From Balanoglossus misakiensis (lineage: Eukaryota; Animalia; Hemichordata): a stretch of 64,000 nt of DNA. The position numbers and the translations under genes are program-made. The stretch spans positions 7,179,677 through 7,243,676 of the forward strand of contig CM082592.2 of NCBI GenBank assembly GCA_040954595.2, read 5' to 3'. Shown one piece after another: positions 46,601 to 57,348 of the stretch. How positions within the stretch are numbered: the first letter of the stretch is position 1; every line of letters begins with the position of its first letter. The notes beneath the pieces are model-generated. The model was not told where the DNA came from. It worked only from the letters and a program-made list of their open reading frames with translations, and ran no database searches.

Positions 46601-49600
46601 TCACATATTACTTATTGGGGATTCATCATTTCTGTATGATAGTATTTCCTGGTGTTTAGTATTGCAGTCAGCTCACATACAATGCTCAAAACCAATTTCT
46701 GCCTGTTATAGTGTTTTTTCGATCAGATGTGTCAGGGGTTCAAGGTTCCCATCATTTGAACACATCTATCATTCTGAGTGTAATTTCAGACACTGAAATT
46801 TGTCTGGCGAAATACCCACAAGTAACATTATCTATGTGTCAGGATTGTTCTAATTTACAAACATACTGCTTCAGCACAGTTCTTCTTAATTAAACTCAGC
46901 TGATCTGCCTGAGTATGACCTCATTATTACTGTACACATCATTTTTGTACACCCACCCCAGGCTCGTCCATACTTTAAACCCCCAATGAGCTAACAATGG
47001 TCTTATTATATTGAAATCTTTCCAAGAGCAATTTTTGCCACCCTGGATACATGACAACAGGATTCATGGTCGCCACGTACGTCAGCCTCGTTACTTGCTG
47101 TCAAGTCAAACGGCCTCCCGCTACAGGTGATAAATCTACACACACACTCCCCCATGCCCTTGGGGCTGCTTTAAGGGTATGTGTTGTGGGAATAAGGACA
47201 GAGAACTTTGACATAACAGGGGGACAGTGGCAAGTGGCCAGTTTCAATTGTTTCTATTTGCAGCCACAGGGAAAACACCCACTCTTATGTGCCGAACTTA
47301 CAATAGGTTCACAATTGACCAGGAGAGCTATTCTTCAAATATACCAGTGCAGTACTACTGTAGACAGTCACACTATTAAGAATCACACTACCAAAACCTC
47401 ACCAGATGTGTGTTTCATATGTTTAGAATTCCGAAAAGTTTCACACTGGATGTACTGAAAAATCACTACTCCAGTAAATTTATATGTATATACCATCGGA
47501 TAGACAATTTACAAATTATTTTCTTGTAAAAAAAAGTTTCAAATCTCTTATGACAACAGTGAACCCTGAAAGCTACATTTATGAAAACCTACATGCAAGT
47601 GAGCACGATTAGATGGTGGATATACATTGTTCTGTGAGGAGGTTATCAGAGTGTCACCTTGGTGACCTCAGACAGGTCACAACCGCATTGCTATCACACT
47701 GTGGGGTCACAGGTCACAACTTTGCCTTCAAACAGGAAACGCCAACTTCACTCTTCGCATTTCATTTTCTACAGGCCACTGAGTGAAATCTTGCACCCGG
47801 ACGTTTGTAAATGGCACACGTGATTGGAATTTAGCGTAGAAGTGTTTATAGAGTATATGAAATCAAAGAGTGTGGCAGCCAGCAAATTCTATTTTCATGG
47901 TTAAACTTTGTACACTTTTGATAGATTATCGTAGGTACACACATCAGGAAATACTGGTGATTTGGCAGCGATATGCTGGGTTAATCCGACAAGGACAAAG
48001 AAAACACCCCCCAAAAAGTTTTTACAAGTCAGTGCAGTATGTGCTAGAAAGCCAGAAAGTCAGGGTGAAGGTATTCAAATTAGATCAAATAGTTTGGCGC
48101 CACTGTCTTTTGAGTGTAATCACTTGGCTTTCTTTCTTTTACTGGCGATAAAACCACAGACAGTAGAAGGAGAATACGGCCGATAAAACCAAACAGAATT
48201 GGGCTGTTTGTTTTCAGAAAAGAAACTCGATCAACTGTGAACTGCGATCACAAGGCCAAATGAGCAAATCCCTGGCCTAATGATTCGGTGCAGTTGAATC
48301 AGTGAATGAGGAGTGTTTTGTCAACACTGTTACTGCTCAACTGCCAAGTTCACGCCCGCGTTGTTTCTAGGTTTTTGACCTCGCCCATGAAGTCAAAACA
48401 CTTGTTCTCCCAACCGATGCATCTGTCAAACATGGGAACTGCTTAGAGTATAGTCAAATTGACATACTGAAGTGTTTTCCTCATGTTTGGACGATCAAGT
48501 GGATCAGAGAAGTTCTGAGGTTCTCAGGCAATCAGGGTTCATACACTCAAAGTCGGGCAAAATTCCAGAACTCTGAAGGATATTTTCCAGGAGATTTGAG
48601 GTCTAAATTACAATTTCCCAGAAGTGAATGACATGCAATATATTTGTTGAACTTCATTACCGAAATGAAGGTCGACAAAAATACTGCACATTCACTTCAC
48701 AATAATCAGTGTGTTCTGGAGTAACTTTAATTTTTCTCAGACTTCTCTCGTTGAAGTTGAAGTCTTAAATCCCATTATTTTTCAAGCATATATGAACCCT
48801 TTTTACTGAGAGAAATACAAACGACTTACAATGCTCTCCTTATAACGCCGACTGCCACTCCTCTGAAGACTTCCAGATTTCAGAGTCTCTGCATCCACGT
48901 GGACTTCGCCCCCATCCAGTCCAGATCTGATGCTCAGCTCACTTAATTCCGGTATGGGTTGCACTTTTAAGGTGACCGTCTGCCCGGACTTGCGGATCAT
49001 ACCGACGATTTGATCGCGCTGCATGTCTTCCACGTTGACTCCGTTTACTTCGACCAACCGATCGCCCGGAAGCAGGCCCGTCACATTTTCCTTGTTGGCC
49101 CCCGGCTCTGCAAAATGGACATATTTCTTAACCTCCCGGTTGTCTGCGGCAAAGCGCTCCACGATCAGCGAGCGACGAAGAGAGAAACCGTAATCGCCAG
49201 CTGGTTGGCGGTTCAGGATGACTTCTCGGGATCGCGGCGGCTTCGGCGGCGCCACCTCCGGCAATGATAATTCGACGTTGAACGATTTCTCATCGTGCGG
49301 TTGTGATTCTGGCATTGGTTGCGGGATGTTTCCATCTTCTATCAGCAGGCTCTTTCTGCCGGGTACTTCCTGGTTGAAGAGTGTGTTTTCCACCAGGACG
49401 GTGGTGTCGTCCACTTGATTGGATACAGTCTCATAAGGAGGGGCTTTATAGCTCGACTTCCCCTTTAGGATTCCCCTCGGTTTCGGCGGCGGGACTGGCC
49501 TCTGCGGCTTCACATCCATCAGGGGAGAGTGCCTGGCACTGTCCCCGGATTTTATGCGCCTCTTGTCGCCAACGGGTGAGGGGACAGGTGTGCTATGGGA

Positions 49601-49933
49601 ACTGCTCGTTCTGCTGGTGTTGTCACGTTCCAACGAGTTCAAACTTTGCTCGCTCCCGCTGTCAGCTCCCAAGTTGCTGTCACCCGGGGTTGACAGCAGA
49701 CTACTAGAATTTGAAGTGTCTGAATTCCCCCTAGGTGTGACGTCTACCTTCTTTTTCTTACCTCCTGGGAAAAGGCCCCTCTTTACACCAACCTCCTCCA
49801 GCCTTCCCAGCTCCTCCGCCGTGAGCGCTGGCTCACCTGCGAGTCTCAACCGTTTCGACTCTTTTTTCTTATCCTTCTTTTCCTTCTTCGCCTTCTCCTT
49901 CTCATCCTTATCCTTCTTCCGGAAGGAGAACAT
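10643..49933 (-). CDS. MYO18A: Unconventional myosin-XVIII (KE-rich N-terminus, PDZ, divergent motor, IQ, coiled coil, low-complexity tail), 36 exons, ~2111 aa
   Basis: Exons (minus): 48830-49933, 33996-34190, 33673-33849, 33083-33293, 32686-32828, 32315-32415, 32076-32136, 31703-31847, 31352-31613, 30970-31159, 30775-30861, 30514-30655, 30217-30376, 29769-29952, 29429-29618, 28772-28872, 28565-28630, 18007-18135, 17687-17830, 17423-17512, 17145-17264, 16875-16989, 15662-15795, 15336-15490, 15120-15243, 14480-14680, 14091-14201, 13578-13829, 13225-13338, 12840-12956, 12562-12645, 12228-12365, 11866-12051, 11605-11738, 11207-11464, 10643-10853. Total 6336 nt, phases consistent. Motifs: [17 protein letters not shown] ([21 protein letters not shown]), [46 protein letters not shown] ([20 protein letters not shown]), [16 protein letters not shown]. 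Confidence 0.96.
13095..13184. mobile_element. Small MITE-like remnant or hairpin with 15-bp perfect inverted repeats
   Basis: GTTACCCCCTGGACA (13095-13109) is the exact reverse complement of TGTCCAGGGGGTAAC (13170-13184). Intronic; no clear target-site duplication. Confidence 0.45.
14749..14954. repeat. (TACA)n tetranucleotide microsatellite with TACAATGA variants (MYO18 intron)
   Basis: Directly visible. Confidence 0.95.
16439..16477 (-). CDS. MYO18A: Candidate 39-nt cassette exon of myosin-18 ([13 protein letters not shown])
   Basis: Pyrimidine-rich ...ttctccaaatccag|GAAAACC...AAGAGAG|gtagaa. Phase 1-1, matching the flanking intron phase, and stop-free. Confidence 0.4.
16990..17144 (-). 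other. MYO18A: Non-canonical GC-AG intron in myosin-18
   Basis: CTCAAG|GCAAGA donor. The reading frame stops 3 codons later without it, and the phase-0 join gives continuous coiled-coil sequence [16 protein letters not shown]. Confidence 0.85.
20350..20472 (-). CDS. MYO18A: Candidate alternative first exon, headless myosin-18 ([41 protein letters not shown])
   Basis: 41 stop-free codons from ATG to GAG|gtaacg, phase 0, in frame with exon 18007-18135 (VFFRSG). Confidence 0.55.
21133..21192 (-). CDS. MYO18A: Candidate alternative first exon, headless myosin-18 ([20 protein letters not shown])
   Basis: aaacATG, 20 codons, AAT|gtgaga, phase 0. Confidence 0.4.
22776..22886 (-). CDS. MYO18A: Candidate alternative first exon, headless myosin-18 ([21 protein letters not shown][[16 protein letters not shown]]) with two in-frame donors
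   Basis: CTG|gtgagt after 22824 and AGC|gtgagt after 22776, both phase 0. The region is locally CpG-rich. Confidence 0.55.
26473..26565 (-). CDS. MYO18A: Candidate alternative first exon, headless myosin-18 ([31 protein letters not shown])
   Basis: aacATG, 31 codons, AAG|gttggt, phase 0. CpG-rich patch around 26400-26950. Confidence 0.55.
30673..30738. repeat. (TGAG/TGAA)n microsatellite in a short MYO18 intron
   Basis: Directly visible. Confidence 0.9.
34547..34564 (-). CDS. MYO18A: Candidate alternative start exon, PDZ-less myosin-18 (MSVTQV)
   Basis: attATG, 6 codons, GTG|gtgggc, phase 0 into AKTEDQ. CpG-rich upstream region. The donor is weak and upstream ATGs are present. Confidence 0.3.
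35161..35228. repeat. Degenerate (CAC/CAT)n trinucleotide repeat
   Basis: Directly visible; gives the spurious poly-His and poly-Thr/Ile ORFs. Confidence 0.85.
36495..36539 (-). CDS. MYO18A: Candidate alternative first exon, PDZ-less myosin-18 ([15 protein letters not shown])
   Basis: gacATGG Kozak, 15 codons, GCG|gtacgt, phase 0. CpG-rich patch. Confidence 0.55.
39515..39628 (-). CDS. MYO18A: Candidate alternative exon of myosin-18: first exon [14 protein letters not shown] (ATG 39556) or 114-nt cassette VLATPP...RLRP
   Basis: CCG|gtaagc donor, phase 0. Upstream tttctttaag acceptor before 39628 is in the same frame. CpG-rich 39480-39900. Confidence 0.55.
41888..41917 (-). CDS. MYO18A: Candidate alternative first exon, PDZ-less myosin-18 ([10 protein letters not shown])
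   Basis: tccATGG, 10 codons, TCC|gtgagt, phase 0. Confidence 0.45.
43272..43295 (-). CDS. MYO18A: Candidate alternative first exon, PDZ-less myosin-18 (MLKIYLLQ)
   Basis: 8 codons, CAG|gtaaag, phase 0. Preceded by an overlapping ATG-TGA start-stop (ATGTGATG). Confidence 0.3.
47081..47155 (-). CDS. MYO18A: Candidate alternative first exon, PDZ-less myosin-18 ([25 protein letters not shown])
   Basis: ggcATGG, 25 codons, GAC|gtacgt, phase 0. Confidence 0.4.
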
Positions 49934-50737
49934 TTTTACGGAAACTGTTGCGTAATATCGGGAAAATATCTACTCACATAAAGAGATAACGCCAGTAGTT
50001 GGCCGTGGTGCTACATGCAGTACGCAGTGTTTTGAATGAAGTTGACTCAACGATCTTCCGGATTACACCGATTGTCCTCCCAACCACTTCCTGGGACACA
50101 CCCCTTTTCACGCACTTTCACCGACGCACTTGACCGGAATGTGGTGTGACGCTCTCATGGACTAGCCAGAGCCTCTGAACTCTGAAAACCACTTCAGCTT
50201 TTTCCCCTAATTATCGCGCAGCTCAGCCCTGACTTGGCTGTCAGACGAAGCTCGGCAAACATACACGACTTAAAATCTACAAAATGGCGCCCACATCCGG
50301 GGGAGCGGTTGGGGCTACAACATTGTGAAAACATGTATTGCTCGAGAAAGACTATGCATATCAAGCATTCTATGTAAAATGTATGCACTTTAATCAGTTC
50401 GTCCTAATCAGTGTACAAAAATCTCCAATGGCACACTGTTTTTATGATATTTCTGAGAATAACCGTTGTAATAAAGTTAAAAATTCCCCTCTACAAGTTG
50501 CAACCGCCCCTGCGGTTGGCACTGTTCATCACAGAAGGTTAATGACCTCAAAAGCAAAGTACACTGAAACATCTATCACCTGACACTGCAGAGGTCACTG
50601 GCGCGACGTGCAAGTTACAAGTGCAATGGACATTGTATTATCATGATCGCTGTCACTGCCAACTGGAACGATCATTATCCCATAACAGTGATAACAAACT
50701 GATCATCCATTTGTTTTTGCAACTAGATCGTTAAGAA
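49934..50737. promoter_or_regulatory. Probable bidirectional promoter region between myosin-18 (-) and the GH63-like gene (+)
   Basis: Divergent start codons 804 bp apart. CpG-enriched 49950-50310, with ETS-like CTTCCGG/ACTTCCTG and YY1-like AAAATGGCG (50281-50289). Confidence 0.6.
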
Positions 50738-50930
50738 ATGGCCAAACGAGCCGGAGCCCCGACTGATGAAGGACCCCAGCCAGTCAAGCGGAGCGCCATC
50801 ACGACCGTTGGGACAGGGGTGGAGAATGTTTCACTGGAAAATCGCGATTGGCAGCTATGGGGACCGTATCTATCGGAGAGACAATGGAGAACAGTGAGAG
50901 AAGATAACACCCACGGGTAATTATTGCGGA

Positions 50931-51022
<92 letters not shown>

Positions 51023-51051
51023 GGTGGTGGTGGTGGTGGTGGTGGTGGTGG

Positions 51052-51099
<48 letters not shown>

Positions 51100-54000
51100 G
51101 GAGGAGGAGGAGGAGGAGGAGGAGGAGGACAACTGCAGGATGGAGACAAACTATATTCAAGTTTCCACCCAACAGTGATTAGAACAATTTGAGTGACTGC
51201 AATTTTCTTTTTCAAATTCAGCCAGGCCTCAATGTACAGTAGCCGTCTCTAACTTTGTCTGTCTCTATCTCCCTTTCTGTCTGTCTGTCTTCCTCTCTTT
51301 TTCATTTCCCCTTTCTTCTGTCTCTCCCTTGTCTCTCCCATCTCCCTCACCTCTCTCTCTCTCTCTCCCTCTCTCTCTCCCCCTTGTCAGGAGGGAGCTT
51401 TGTCACAGCTTAGCACATCAGTTGGCATACAAGTGGGGAGAAGACGGCTTGTTTGGACTGAGTGACAATGAGGCCAGACTGTGCTGTGCTCTTTCACTGT
51501 GGAATGAAAAGGATTCCATACTCAAGGAAAGGATGTATGGATTGATGCCAGTAAGTACAGAAACTTGTATTTTAAAACAAATTATAACCATCAAAGTGTT
51601 TCATACGCACACATCTTTTTTTTTTCTTTGCTACAATTCTTCATAGAGGTTGACATGCAACTCCCAAATAAGTTTTTAAGTGGTAACAATGTTCCCCCAA
51701 TTTTCTCATGAAGGGTAACCATGGTGAGGACGTCAAAGAATGTTACTATTACCTTGACAACACTCCATCTCACTGCCACATGAGGGCGCTATACAAGTAT
51801 CCCCAGAATGCATTTCCATACCAAGATCTGGCGGACACAAACACCAATAGAACAGTTCAAGAGCCAGAGTATGAGCTGGAGGACACCGGTAATCTTATTT
51901 TAAAAAATTCTGACATTTTTCTTATTCCAGTTATGAGTAATGAGTATGCCAGCAGCAAATTGTTCCGTACCATATTTGCCAAGATATTGCTACCATTTAT
52001 GCTAGTCAGAAAAAAGTTAAACATCTTCAATTTTGCATATATTATTTAAATGAGTGTACTCTTACCACCCATGTGTCTTGATGATCAGTTCTGTGTTGAT
52101 TCTTTTCTTTAATGAAGGTATATTTGATAACAGTGAATACTGGGATGTTGAGGCGGAATTTGCCAAGATGGATCCATACACGTTGCTATGCCAATACACC
52201 ATCCACAACAGAGGTCCGGCAGAAAGCACCATTCATATCCTACCCACTGTTTGGTTCAGGTAAAGTTGTTGAAATTATTCAAATTTGAAATATTTTTGCC
52301 GGAGAGGTAGAATAAAAGAAAATTTTAGATAAAAATATCTAAATAATATCTTTTTATGTATTTGATTGCAGGAATACTTGGAGTTGGGGTGAAGATTTTG
52401 TTGATTATCCTCCATTGAAACCTTCCATGAAAAAGATGGATGATACTCTTGTGTTATGCAACCATGATAAACTAGGTACGGGTAGGTTTGTTTTTTTCAT
52501 TTTTAGAGATTTGATGGGTATGGTTAAAGGAACAGTCAGGAACTTTAACTTTTAATATCAAAATCACCATGTGTTATGTCAATGTTACCAGGAAGAAAAA
52601 TAAGGGCTGCAAAGCATTAAACATGTAGAAATCAAGATTTATTATTCTGTTTTGTTTACAGGAGACTACAAGTGGCTGGTTGATTCGGGGCCGAATGGAG
52701 AGTTACCCGAATTACTGTTCACGGAAAATGAATCCAATATGGCCGTCCTTGACTGTGATTCACAAATGCCAGGAACAGATGAACACAAGGCATTCCTCTA
52801 CACCAAAGATTCTTTTCACAGATTCATCATTAATGGTTTGTACATTTTTTATTTCCATTCAGATTTTTATATCGTAATGTCGTATTCTTTTGGGTACCCT
52901 CAACTAGCGAATGAAAGTGTACATTTTGGTGTAAAACTATGCAGTTTAGTTTTGTATGAATACTATAAATCTCATTCCATTCCAGGTGAAACGAATGCAG
53001 TGAACCCTAGCAACACAGGAACAAAGTGTGCATCTCATTATGTTTGTAGTGTTCAACCAGGACGGTCTGTTGTCATCAGAACGTGCCTCACGGCTCAGGG
53101 CAACAGGGCGGTTACCTCAGAGATTTTCAAGGAGCAGTTTGAACAGATTCTTCAAAGGAGAAGAAATGAAACAACTGCCTTTTATGAACAGGTAGCAAGA
53201 AGAGCACAGTGTAGATGAACAAAATACTGTTTCTTGAAACAGATCTACAATTGTTATTTTAAGACAAGTGAATTTTTTCCTTCAGTGGGTCAACTTGAAA
53301 TATGTTCTTCGTGATTTCTCTTGGCAGATTTTACCAAACACATTTTCACCACAAGAAGTTCAAATAGCAAGACAGGCATATGCTGGTCTTCTGTGGAGCA
53401 AGCAGTTCTACTTCTATGATGTAAAGCAGTGGCTCAGAGGTATGCTGGAAAACTTTAAGTTGTAGTATGGGCTGCTTGTCTTAGCTTTCTCCTGACCATC
53501 TCAAAGCAAATGGTCAGTCACTGACAACTGGGGCAGACAAGTTTGTTTACTTCAGTGGTTTAGGGTCTTGAAACAATCTGAAAGTGAATGCAGAAATATA
53601 GACACGTTTTGGGAAGTCCATTCTACTCATCAATCACATATTGCCATTTTTGAATTTACCTGGAAATATTGATCTTTCAGATGAAACAAGAACATCAAAT
53701 CCTGAGAAAATAGAGTCTGTGAGGAACTCAGAATGGACACATCTTATCAATAGACACGTCATTTTAATGCCAGATAAGTGGGAATTTCCGTGGGTGAGTC
53801 TGACCACTGGTGTCGGCTGGGTACACACTTCACCTAACAAATAAAGTATAACCTGTCTAAACCGAACACTGGCCAATCTGGAAACCTGTCTACACTGAAT
53901 ACAAATGCCAGTCCCTTTTCACATATGGAATTCATGACCTTCTACACATTACTTTCGTTTGACAGTATGCATCCTGGGATTTGGCATTTCATGTGATTCC

Positions 54001-56895
54001 ATTGGTGGATCTTGACCCGTGGTTCGCAAAGGAACAGCTTCTGCTCATGCTCAGTGATGGCTACATGCATCCCAATGGTCAGGTAGGTAGAGCGACAGTG
54101 AAAGTATTCTGTAATTCTCAGACCAATGGTTCTTGCGTTTCCATTTACCTCCATGAGGTTTAAAAACAGGAAAACAAAGAAACTGCACTTGACATTAAAG
54201 AAGAATTAAGAAAATGTTAATGTAAATTATTTTGGTTTGATTGGCAGCTTCCAGCTTATGAATATGCATTTAGTGACGTCAATCCACCAGTTCATGCGTG
54301 GGCATGTTTGTATGTCTATAAACAAACTGGTGACCGACAATTTCTGGCAAAATGCTTTCACAGACTTCTACTGAATTTTGGATGGTAAGTAAATCTGTTC
54401 TCTTGTCTTGCAGTAATTTTAACTTTTCCAGTTAAAACTGTCATTTCTTGCTTTCTACTTTTTATTTTTTACCAATATGACTCATGTTTTAGCCACACTA
54501 AACTCTTCTATCTCTGCCTAATTAAGGTGGGTCAACACCAAAGATCCCCATGGCAAGAACTTGTTCACAGGTGGTTTTCTTGGCCTGGATAACATTGCAC
54601 CAATCAACAGATCAGAGAAGCCACCAGGTGGAGGGGTAGTGATTCAGGTAAAAATCAGGACAATTTCAAACATCGATGAAACACTAAATCTTTTTTATGA
54701 ATGGTGAAAATATTTTTCAACAGAGAAAAAGTGATCCTTTTACACATTGACTTGCAATATTCTCTCATCTCTGCATAACCTATTCTTTTCTCGTCCACTC
54801 CAGGCAGATGCAACTGGTTGGATGGCTTTCTACTCTCTCCAGATGTTAGAAATATCACTGGAACTGGCGAAGCACGATTCTCTTTATTCGGACATGGCCG
54901 GCAAATTCCTGCAACACTTCCTGCTCATCAGTGGTGCTATTAATAATCCCGCCACAGGTATGATGTGGAAGAGTTCTATTTTATAGAATGATTAGACATT
55001 TGTAAAGTGAGATGAAGCTTCATTGAACTTTGACCTTTGCTTGACTTCCAGGTCTTTGGGATAGAACTGATGGATTTTATTACGATAAACTATACAAGCA
55101 TGCTGCTACTGCAGTTGATGACGGTGATGATGATGATGTCACACCTCTGAAGGTCCACTCTCTGGTTGGCATCGTGCCAATCTTTGCGTGCTGTGTGCTG
55201 GACAACCAGACGTTTAAATCTGTACCTGCATTTCAGGAGACGCTTCGGTGGTTCGAAAACCACCACAAGGAGCTGGTGTCAGAGGTAATTACATGTAGTG
55301 TGTAGTGTGATAAGATTTGTGTCATCAGGTAAGATTTCTCAGAGAGACAAATATCACGTTGGTCTAATGAATGCTTTACATCTCATGTTTCCTTCTCATC
55401 TGACAGATAGCAATTTCCAAAGAGGCTGATGAAACCAAACTGTTGCTATCGTTACCGGACAAAGATCAGCTGGAACAAATCTTGCAGTTTCTCTTCAGTG
55501 AGGAGGAATTCCTTTCTCCGTTTGGGGTCAGATCTCTGTCAAAGGTACTTATGAACCTCTGGGTGAACAGGTTTTAGTTTGGATGATGTAAAGCATTGTT
55601 ATAATCGGCAAGGAAATGTATAGTTGATATGACTTATTTGGCATACAGCTGCCTGTCTACGTAATTCTCGTTTTCGACTAGTCCAACTTTAACATGGCAT
55701 CAAATATCTTTCTCTAATATTCTGCTGTCAGGGGTTATCACTGCAGTAGAAAATACCAAAAACGAAGGAATAATGACAGAGAGATGTCATCTCTCAAAAT
55801 TGCTTCCAGGTTCACAAGACACGTCCATTTACACTGGACACAAAGAATGATTCAAGTTTCTCACACGACTCTCAAGATGGAGCTTGCCTCAGTAGGGGAA
55901 AAGACGACTCGGGAGATGGAGAAAATCACTTGCACAGCGTGTCGTACGCCCCAGGGGAGTCGGACAGTGGAATGTTTGGTGGGAATAGCAACTGGAGGGG
56001 TCCGGTTTGGTTCTGCAGTAAGTCTGAAATTCTATTTTGGAACATTCTGACTCTGAATGGTGTTTTTAGCTCACAGGTATTAGATTTCAGTTGTGAAAGT
56101 CAGTCTTGATAAGTTTATTTCCTTGGTTCACTTTCAAACTATTACCACAGCATGTGGTGAAGTAAAACACCATAGACAACTATCTCCCTCTCTCTCTCTC
56201 TCTCCAGTGAATTTCCTCATCATAGAGTCCCTCGTCTGCCTTGACCAATTCTACGGCGATAAAATCTTGGTGGAATTCCCGATAGGCAGTGGAAGAAAAC
56301 TGAGGCTGAAGGACATTGCCAGAGAAATAAGCAACAAGCTGGTGTCCATTTTTCTACCCGATGATCATGGCAGACGGCCATGTCATGGTGAGTCTGCATG
56401 TATGAGAGAATTGTAAAAACCCTGAACAGCAAATAAGTATTGGTAGTTTTAGGGGTAAAGCCTCTGGTCCTATTTCTCTGTACATTGGGGTCCAACCATG
56501 GGCTTGAACCAAATCATGGTGGAAAAGGGGATTCAATATAAGCATGATTACTACCTGTACATCACAGATTTGAAAGACAAGAGTCAGTCTGATGTGCATC
56601 ATTCTTGCATTTTCAGGAGATTCCAAGCGGTACTCTGAAGACCCCCACTGGAAGGAGCTGTTGTTGTTCCATGAGTTTTTCCATGGCGACACAGGCAGAG
56701 GGTGCGGAGCAAGGTATTCTTTGCCACAAAATTCCAGGCTTTTCCTTTCTAGTCGCCTGATGTAGTCAAATACCAGATAGAGATCATTTTTATGACAAGT
56801 TTAACAAAATCATCTCTATTTCTGTTTACAGTCATCAAACTGGATGGACAGCCCTGGTCATTAACTCCCTGAAGATGCTCCATGCTACGACTTAA
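50738..56895 (+). CDS. Glycoside hydrolase family 63 / MGH1-like glucosidase (yeast YMR196W-like), 19 exons, ~937 aa
   Basis: Exons: 50738-50916, 51391-51550, 51714-51888, 52118-52259, 52372-52475, 52662-52835, 52986-53191, 53328-53439, 53681-53793, 53966-54082, 54248-54384, 54527-54647, 54804-54957, 55052-55284, 55407-55544, 55810-56017, 56208-56387, 56617-56713, 56832-56895 (2814 nt, phases consistent). Family motifs: [139 protein letters not shown]. Confidence 0.92.
50931..51129. repeat. Compound trinucleotide microsatellite (GAT)n(GGT)n(GAT)n(GAG)n in intron 1 of the GH63-like gene
   Basis: Directly visible, lying between donor 50917 and acceptor 51390. Confidence 0.97.
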
Positions 56896-57113
56896 TTCAA
56901 CCTCTCTGACAACTTGTAAATATTTCTTCATTTGTCTGGCAAGGAGCCAGAAAAACCATCAACTTTCAATGCTTTTACCTGCTGCTATATTTATAGCCAA
57001 GGGAACTTGTAGTCTCTATTTTTGTAAAGTTTTTACTTCCATACAAAAATATACACAGAAAATGTTTTTTAACAAACTGTTTTTAAATAGTATATGTTTT
57101 CCCTAATAATAAC

Positions 57114-57119
57114 AATAAA
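57114..57119 (+). terminator. Putative polyadenylation signal of the GH63-like gene
   Basis: AATAAA ~220 nt after the stop, followed by T/GT-rich sequence. Confidence 0.6.
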
Positions 57120-57348
57120 ATGCATGAGGTACAGATATCAGTCTTTTGTCAAGTCTTGATCTTTTATATATTTCCCTTTGGATAGCAGTCACTCTCTGTC
57201 TTGATGAGTTTTAACAACTCTTCGCCAATACCAACATTTTCACCGTCGACTGCCTTTCAAAGCAGGGAAAACACGGGCACATTTACGTTTCCGTGGACAG
57301 AACGTTCACAAATAAAACTCTCAAGAAGAACAGGAACTACTTCCAGGG

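Noticed and set aside
49010-49955. Plus-strand ORFs opposite myosin-18 exon 1 (and similar antisense ORFs opposite other exons and the BTB gene)
   Set aside because: Antisense shadows of real coding sequence with no recognisable protein features.
50731-51215. Poly-D/G/E, poly-H, poly-S/P and poly-M ORFs
   Set aside because: Trinucleotide microsatellite within intron 1 of the GH63-like gene.
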